From the IMG/VR virus record IMGVR_UViG_3300044591_001876, positions 1 to 11,133 of that record: a stretch of 11,133 nt of DNA; one strand, given 5' to 3'. How positions within the stretch are numbered: position 1 is the first letter of the stretch; each line of letters opens with the position of its first letter. Source of the stretch: a virus (Duplodnaviria > Heunggongvirae > Uroviricota > Caudoviricetes). Below are positions 6,656 to 11,133 of the stretch, in pieces. A program made the position numbers and the translations under genes. Below the pieces are notes generated by a model. That model was not told where the DNA came from, made no database searches, and was given only the letters and a program-made list of their open reading frames with translations.

Positions 6656-6804
6656 ACTTTAGAACTAATTTTGCTTTGATTCAGTATCATAAATACTCTT
6701 TAGCAGAAGTAGAAAATCTTATTCCTTGGGAAAGAGAAGTGTATACATCTTTGTTAATTCAACATCTTAAGGAAGAGGAAGCAAAGAGAGCAGCTAATCA
6801 ATGA
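6625..6804 (+). CDS. gp51: baseplate hub assembly chaperone gp51-like frame with no ATG; probably expressed as the C-terminus of a gp26-gp51 frameshift fusion
   Basis: Absent from the ORF track. It translates as IALFQNSLEGYFRTNFALIQYHKYSLAEVENLIPWEREVYTSLLIQHLKEEEAKRAANQ*, with the gp51 signature NF.L.QYHKYSL.E.EN..PWER.VY. Its TGA (6802-6804) overlaps the next ATG (6801-6803). The frame is closed upstream by TGA at 6601-6603. Confidence 0.88.
   Translation: MALFQNSLEGYFRTNFALIQYHKYSLAEVENLIPWEREVYTSLLIQHLKEEEAKRAANQ
6689..6695 (+). promoter_or_regulatory. possible internal late promoter within the gp51 frame
   Basis: ATAAATA is formed by the His-Lys-Tyr codons (cat aaa tac), 105 nt upstream of the ATG at 6801. 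Confidence 0.4.
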
Positions 6805-9800
6805 TACCCGAGAAGGCGATAAAACCAATAATAAAAAACGGCAGGGACAATACTGAAATTGCTGTTGGAACTCTTATTGCCTATGGTGTTTTTCCTCACA
6901 CAACTGAGGGCATAGAAAAAGCTAAGAAGCTAATTGAGGAATCTGAAAATTGGTTGGTGCCATCACAACTACCAGATTATTATGATGGTATTGATAGTGA
7001 TTTAATTGTTGGTAGAGAGACTCCAGGTATTTTATCAATAAGAAGAAAATTAAAAGAGTTTTATAAAATCTCTGCTGGCACAGAAGAATTTATAGATACA
7101 ACTGTATACACTCCAGCAGATAAATTTGTTGATGATGGTAAAGAATTTGCTGTAAAAATAGAAACTGATCTTGAAGATGCTTTAGAAAAAACATCTGACG
7201 AGATCATGGATTCTATTGATGAGATTCTTAGACAAGATCAGGAAAAGTTTGAAGAGTTTAAAAGAAAACAAGAAGAAGAATTAAAGAAAAAAATTGAGAA
7301 ACTTAATACACCAGAAAGAGTTTCTCAAGAACTTACAATAAAAATTCCTCCAGCTCATTATATACAGGGAACTGCTGGTAGATGGCAACCAGAATTTGAA
7401 AATGATATTGATCATGCCGTATACTTTGCTGGCAAATCTTCATTACCGAAAGGAGCAAAGCAAAGAGAAGTTCTTGATTGGTTAAAAAGTTTAGGCTTAA
7501 CGTTTGAACAAATACATAACCACCGTGAGAAAGTATTAGATCAAATTCGAGAAACTATTTCTCTTCCTGGTGTGGAAGAAGAGTATCCATATGTTTATAT
7601 TGATGCTGTCGATCAAGATTTTGTACTGGAAGATGATGAGGAAGACTATGAAGATCTTGAAGAAGATTTTGATGGATTAGATGATCTATTAAATGAGGTT
7701 AGAAATGAAGAACAAATTTCCGAAAAAGAAGTAGCTGATAATATTGAAGAAGAAATCATCGATGCTGCCGAGGATGAAGAAGATCCTATGGCTGATGCTG
7801 ATGTAGACATACAAGCCATATTGGATGGGGATGAAAACGAAACAAAAAGTATTACTGAAAAATTAACTGACACAATAAACAAACCTAAGAAAGAATCTTC
7901 TTACGCTAGCAACAAAAAAATTCTGGATTCTATTACCGTAAACTTTGGAAGAATACAAGAAACATTAAACATTGTAAATCGTAATTTAGAAGAACAGAAT
8001 ACATTAATAAGAGCAAACATTGATACACAACTTGCTGTCGGTGATTTAATAAGTAATCAGACAGATCTTTTGGCATCTAAATTTGATTTGATATTGGAAC
8101 ATTTTGAAAGACAGTTACAACATTCTGAAGAACTTGATGAAGCAGAAAAAAGAAAGGCGAATGAATCTAAATTAGAAGCACAGCGTGATGCTGCTGGGTC
8201 TTCTGACTTTCGAGATCTTACACAAGGTGGTGGTAAATCAAAAAGGCAATCTAAAATTGGATTATATTATAGAAGAAAACTTCTCAGAAAATTATACAGA
8301 AAAACTCCAAAAAAATTAAGATCCTTAAGGACTAAAGCAAGAAAACTTCAAAGGGTTCCTGACAAATTAAAAACTTCTGCTGCTAATAGAGTTACCCAAA
8401 TGTTGCCTAAGCGAGCAGGTAAAGCTGTTGGTAATTTGAGATCAGTAAAATCTGTTGGAACAAGACTTCCTGGAGTAAGACAAGCATTTGCTGCTTGGGA
8501 ATATTCTGATAGAAAGGCTGCCGGACAATCCGATGTTCAAGCGTTGGCTGGTGTTGGTGCTGGCCTAGGTGGGGCTGCCGCTGGGGGTGCTGCTGGAGCT
8601 GCTACAGGGGCAGCGATAGGTGCTGCTTTAGGATTACCTTTCTTTGGTATTGGAGCTGCTCCTGGAGCTGCTATAGGCTCTGCCATTGGTGGAATTCTTG
8701 GGCTTGTTGGTGGATTTTTTGCTGGAAATGCCGCTTCCGATGCTGCCGATAAGCTTACTGGAGCAGATCAAATTGATAATCAGTATGAAACTGGTGGATT
8801 AACTAAACCAGGAACGGCAATACTTCATGGTACTGAAGCAATTATTAATCGTGATGCTATTGATATGTCACCATTGAATACTCTTGGTGGCATAATGATT
8901 GCTTCGACCACAGAGTATATTAATTCTGCTGGTGCTGTAGCTGCTCCCATAGCACCTTCATTGAGAGGTGTATCAACACAAATGGCGAGACAATATGATG
9001 TTCCTGCTACTTTAGCTCAAACCAATGTTGGTGGTACTTTGCCTAAGATAGATAATGAATTGAAAAAAGTTAGGGAAAAAAGAACAGGTGGTGATCAAGA
9101 AGAATTCTCTGGTCAAGAAAAACAATTATTAGAAACAACAGATGAAGATAATTTTGCTGAAAAATTATTAAAGATGATAGATCCAGATGAAAAATTCCTT
9201 AGTATACTAAAGAATATTAATAACAGAAACCCTTTGTTGCCCCCAGAAGATTATGATGGCACAGGAATTGATGGAGATTTGGAAGGAAATATAGTAAACC
9301 CAATGGAAGGTGGGGTTATGGAAGATTATCCTGGTGCTAAGTTTGGTGCTTCTAGAGATGGAGGAAAGAGAAAACATAAAGGTAGGGATCTTGTTGGTCC
9401 TCCTGGAATGAAAGTTGTATCTGCTTTGCCAGGAACTGTCACTGGTATAATTGATGTTGGCAAATTACCTGGAGGTGGGTGGAGCAAAGGAATATATGTG
9501 AAACATTCTAATGGTATGGAAACCCGCTATCTACACGTACATCCATCTGTAAAAGTTGGCGATCAAGTTAAAGCTGGACAACAAATTGCTAAAATTACAG
9601 CAATGGATGATATTAGTTCTGTACCACACCTACACTTTGAAGTTATTGTGAATGGGCGACATGTTGATCCAGAACCAATTGTGAGAGGATCTTTAAAGAT
9701 GAGTGATATAGCGGCAGGAAAAGTTCCTGGGCTTTCTGTGAAAGCACCTAAAAATCCAGCTGAAATTGAAAACCATAGTGGAACTGAAGTTTCTGATAAA

Positions 9801-10268
9801 ACTCCGCCGTCATCTCCACCATCTTCTATGGCAACTCCTCAGCAAGTATCTTCTACTTCTACAATTGCTGAGAAATTAGTAGCACAAACATTAGAATCCG
9901 ATGGAAGCATGGATGGCATGGTTGCTGCTACGTATGGAGCAGGAGTTCCTAAAACTCCGAGATGGATGCAAGAAATAGAAAGGCAATATAATGAAGTTAA
10001 AGATAAGCCATTTAGTCCAGGAACACCGAAGCCAGGAAGAGGAATGGGAGATACGTGGCTCCCTAAGGCGTCATTGGATCAAGGTAGTCAAATTGCTAGT
10101 TTATCTAGATACGAACAAGAATCTGAAAGCAATACGGTATTAATTAATAATCAATCTTCGCCAATGCCAGCAATGCCTTCTTCCGGAGGAACAGAAATTA
10201 TTCAAATGGGTGGAGTTAGTTCTTCTGAGTTATTAAAAAGTTTGATGTTACAAAGATTAAACGCCTGA
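6801..10268 (+). CDS. tape-measure/baseplate-hub (gp29-like) virion protein with a C-terminal-half M23 peptidase domain (1155 aa)
   Basis: It follows gp26/gp51 and contains coiled-coil and low-complexity stretches and a Gly/Ala hydrophobic zipper (8541-8727). M23 motifs are HKGRD (9375-9389), YLHV and HLH (9627-9635). The tail is P/S-rich and ends NNQ.SPMP. The M23 call is stronger than the gp29 label. Confidence 0.72.
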   Translation: MIPEKAIKPIIKNGRDNTEIAVGTLIAYGVFPHTTEGIEKAKKLIEESENWLVPSQLPDYYDGIDSDLIVGRETPGILSIRRKLKEFYKISAGTEEFIDTTVYTPADKFVDDGKEFAVKIETDLEDALEKTSDEIMDSIDEILRQDQEKFEEFKRKQEEELKKKIEKLNTPERVSQELTIKIPPAHYIQGTAGRWQPEFENDIDHAVYFAGKSSLPKGAKQREVLDWLKSLGLTFEQIHNHREKVLDQIRETISLPGVEEEYPYVYIDAVDQDFVLEDDEEDYEDLEEDFDGLDDLLNEVRNEEQISEKEVADNIEEEIIDAAEDEEDPMADADVDIQAILDGDENETKSITEKLTDTINKPKKESSYASNKKILDSITVNFGRIQETLNIVNRNLEEQNTLIRANIDTQLAVGDLISNQTDLLASKFDLILEHFERQLQHSEELDEAEKRKANESKLEAQRDAAGSSDFRDLTQGGGKSKRQSKIGLYYRRKLLRKLYRKTPKKLRSLRTKARKLQRVPDKLKTSAANRVTQMLPKRAGKAVGNLRSVKSVGTRLPGVRQAFAAWEYSDRKAAGQSDVQALAGVGAGLGGAAAGGAAGAATGAAIGAALGLPFFGIGAAPGAAIGSAIGGILGLVGGFFAGNAASDAADKLTGADQIDNQYETGGLTKPGTAILHGTEAIINRDAIDMSPLNTLGGIMIASTTEYINSAGAVAAPIAPSLRGVSTQMARQYDVPATLAQTNVGGTLPKIDNELKKVREKRTGGDQEEFSGQEKQLLETTDEDNFAEKLLKMIDPDEKFLSILKNINNRNPLLPPEDYDGTGIDGDLEGNIVNPMEGGVMEDYPGAKFGASRDGGKRKHKGRDLVGPPGMKVVSALPGTVTGIIDVGKLPGGGWSKGIYVKHSNGMETRYLHVHPSVKVGDQVKAGQQIAKITAMDDISSVPHLHFEVIVNGRHVDPEPIVRGSLKMSDIAAGKVPGLSVKAPKNPAEIENHSGTEVSDKTPPSSPPSSMATPQQVSSTSTIAEKLVAQTLESDGSMDGMVAATYGAGVPKTPRWMQEIERQYNEVKDKPFSPGTPKPGRGMGDTWLPKASLDQGSQIASLSRYEQESESNTVLINNQSSPMPAMPSSGGTEIIQMGGVSSSELLKSLMLQRLNA

Positions 10269-10274
10269 TGAGAA

Positions 10275-10293
10275 ATAAATACTGTGATAGGAG
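10275..10293 (+). promoter_or_regulatory. T4-type late promoter and RBS for the final ORF
   Basis: ATAAATA at 10275-10281 and AGGAG at 10289-10293, 10 nt before ATG 10304. Confidence 0.78.
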
Positions 10294-10303
10294 AATAGTA
10301 TAA

Positions 10304-11133
10304 ATGTCGGCAGGCACACAGGGTTTTACAGATACTCGAAAAGATACTAATCACATTGGTGCTGTTATTAGTAAGGTGCTTGAGGCAAGAAAACTTGCTG
10401 AGCAAGAAAGGGAATACGCTGAATCAGTAGCAGAAAAATATCAAACCTCACTAGAAGAATCTGGAATACAACGAGGATATTTTTTCAAGAAAGCATTAAG
10501 ATGGAAGTTTGGCGGGGAATTTAAAGCTAAGAAACAAGCACAGTTACAAACTTGGAAATCTCGTGCTGACTTATTTAAATCTGCTGCCACTGGCAAATCA
10601 GGCAGGAATAAACTAAACAAGTTTGAAAGATCACAAGCGATCTTTGATATGTTTAAATCTGGTGATAAGCCAAAAACATTTAGAGATAAATTTAAACTAT
10701 TATACGAAGGATTTGTAGACGATCCGATGACTAGACCACAAAGTCATTGGGTTAAGCCAGGAGCAAGAAAGAAAATACAAAAAGCAACTTCCAGAAGTAA
10801 TCGTGTAAGTAAAGAAGATATTTTAAATTCTCTTTCTGCTATTACTGATTCAATTGAGAGAGTTGCTGAATCTATATCAGAAAAAAATAAAGTAATTGCT
10901 GATCAGATGGTTCATTCATCTGTCTTACAAGGCATGATGCACCAGCAGCTTAAGACAAGTAATGATTCTTTAGAAGATAAATTACAAAAAATTGTTGATG
11001 TTTTATCTAATCAAACTCAATACCAAAAACAATCTGTAGATAAAATTGAAGCAAAATCTGCTGAAAATAAATTAGAAAGACAAAAAGATGCTGCTAGTAT
11101 AGTTAATTTTGATGACCTCACTACTAAAGAAGA
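10304..11133 (+). CDS. second tape-measure/hub-like virion protein, partial (>276 aa; paralog of 6801-10268)
   Basis: Absent from the ORF track because it runs off the window. Translated by hand, it is open from MSAGTQGFTDTRKDTNHIGAVISKVLEARKLAEQER to ...KDAASIVNFDDLTTKE. It has a late promoter and RBS, and shares a coiled-coil module with the upstream protein. Confidence 0.8.
   Translation, partial: MSAGTQGFTDTRKDTNHIGAVISKVLEARKLAEQEREYAESVAEKYQTSLEESGIQRGYFFKKALRWKFGGEFKAKKQAQLQTWKSRADLFKSAATGKSGRNKLNKFERSQAIFDMFKSGDKPKTFRDKFKLLYEGFVDDPMTRPQSHWVKPGARKKIQKATSRSNRVSKEDILNSLSAITDSIERVAESISEKNKVIADQMVHSSVLQGMMHQQLKTSNDSLEDKLQKIVDVLSNQTQYQKQSVDKIEAKSAENKLERQKDAASIVNFDDLTTKE

Noticed and set aside
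6626-6679. Readthrough or recoding of the gp26 TAG stop
   Set aside because: In-frame readthrough gives only HSSRIAWRGTLELILL before a TGA, with no family similarity. The gp51 signature is in the -1 frame, and no other gene here needs stop recoding.
6676-6804. Stand-alone 42-aa gp51 from TTG 6676
   Set aside because: It would drop the LEGYFRTNF segment that looks like part of the gp51 family motif, and the nearest SD-like GGAGG is over 20 nt away and inside the hairpin. It is not fully excluded.
159-10405. Other short ORF-track entries (159-380, 488-712, 983-1189, 2127-2309, 3849-4067, 4872-5153, 5250-5450, 6146-6502, 7646-7882, 10202-10405)
   Set aside because: All are nested in or antisense to well-supported genes, and none shows a family motif. 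7646-7882 just mirrors the acidic tract.
1-11133. CRISPR arrays, tRNA/rRNA genes, introns, inteins, homing endonucleases, IS elements
   Set aside because: The window is almost fully coding. I saw no spaced direct repeats, cloverleafs, split core genes, intein termini or transposase/LAGLIDADG/GIY-YIG/HNH motifs. The gp53 insert is in frame and lacks splicing motifs.

Overview
This window is part of a T4-like myovirus genome, most likely a cyanophage (DUF1825-like gene, cyanophage-type gene order and C-terminal motifs; the host is inferred). On the + strand are the 3' end of gp33, a DUF1825-like gene and gp32 (ssDNA-binding protein) with its own sigma70-type promoter and a bidirectional terminator. 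A - strand late cassette (gp4, gp2, gp48, gp53) diverges from a + strand late cassette (gp54, gp26, gp51, a 1155-aa tape-measure/hub-like protein with an M23 peptidase domain, and a truncated paralog). The main finding is at the gp26/gp51 junction. The gp51 frame has no ATG and lies in the -1 frame of gp26. It is entered through a correctly phased T_TTT_TTC slippery heptamer, which has an SD-like GAGGG upstream and a 10-bp stem-loop 7 nt downstream. This predicts a programmed -1 frameshift giving a 296-aa gp26-gp51 fusion just before the tape-measure gene, like lambda gpG/gpGT. Other points of interest are a ~225-aa insertion in gp53 containing a reelin-repeat-like jelly-roll domain, a Rho-N-like N-terminal extension on gp2, an ungapped ~100-aa module shared by the two tandem tape-measure-like genes, and no gp59 between gp33 and gp32. 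All domain assignments come from reading motifs; no searches were run.
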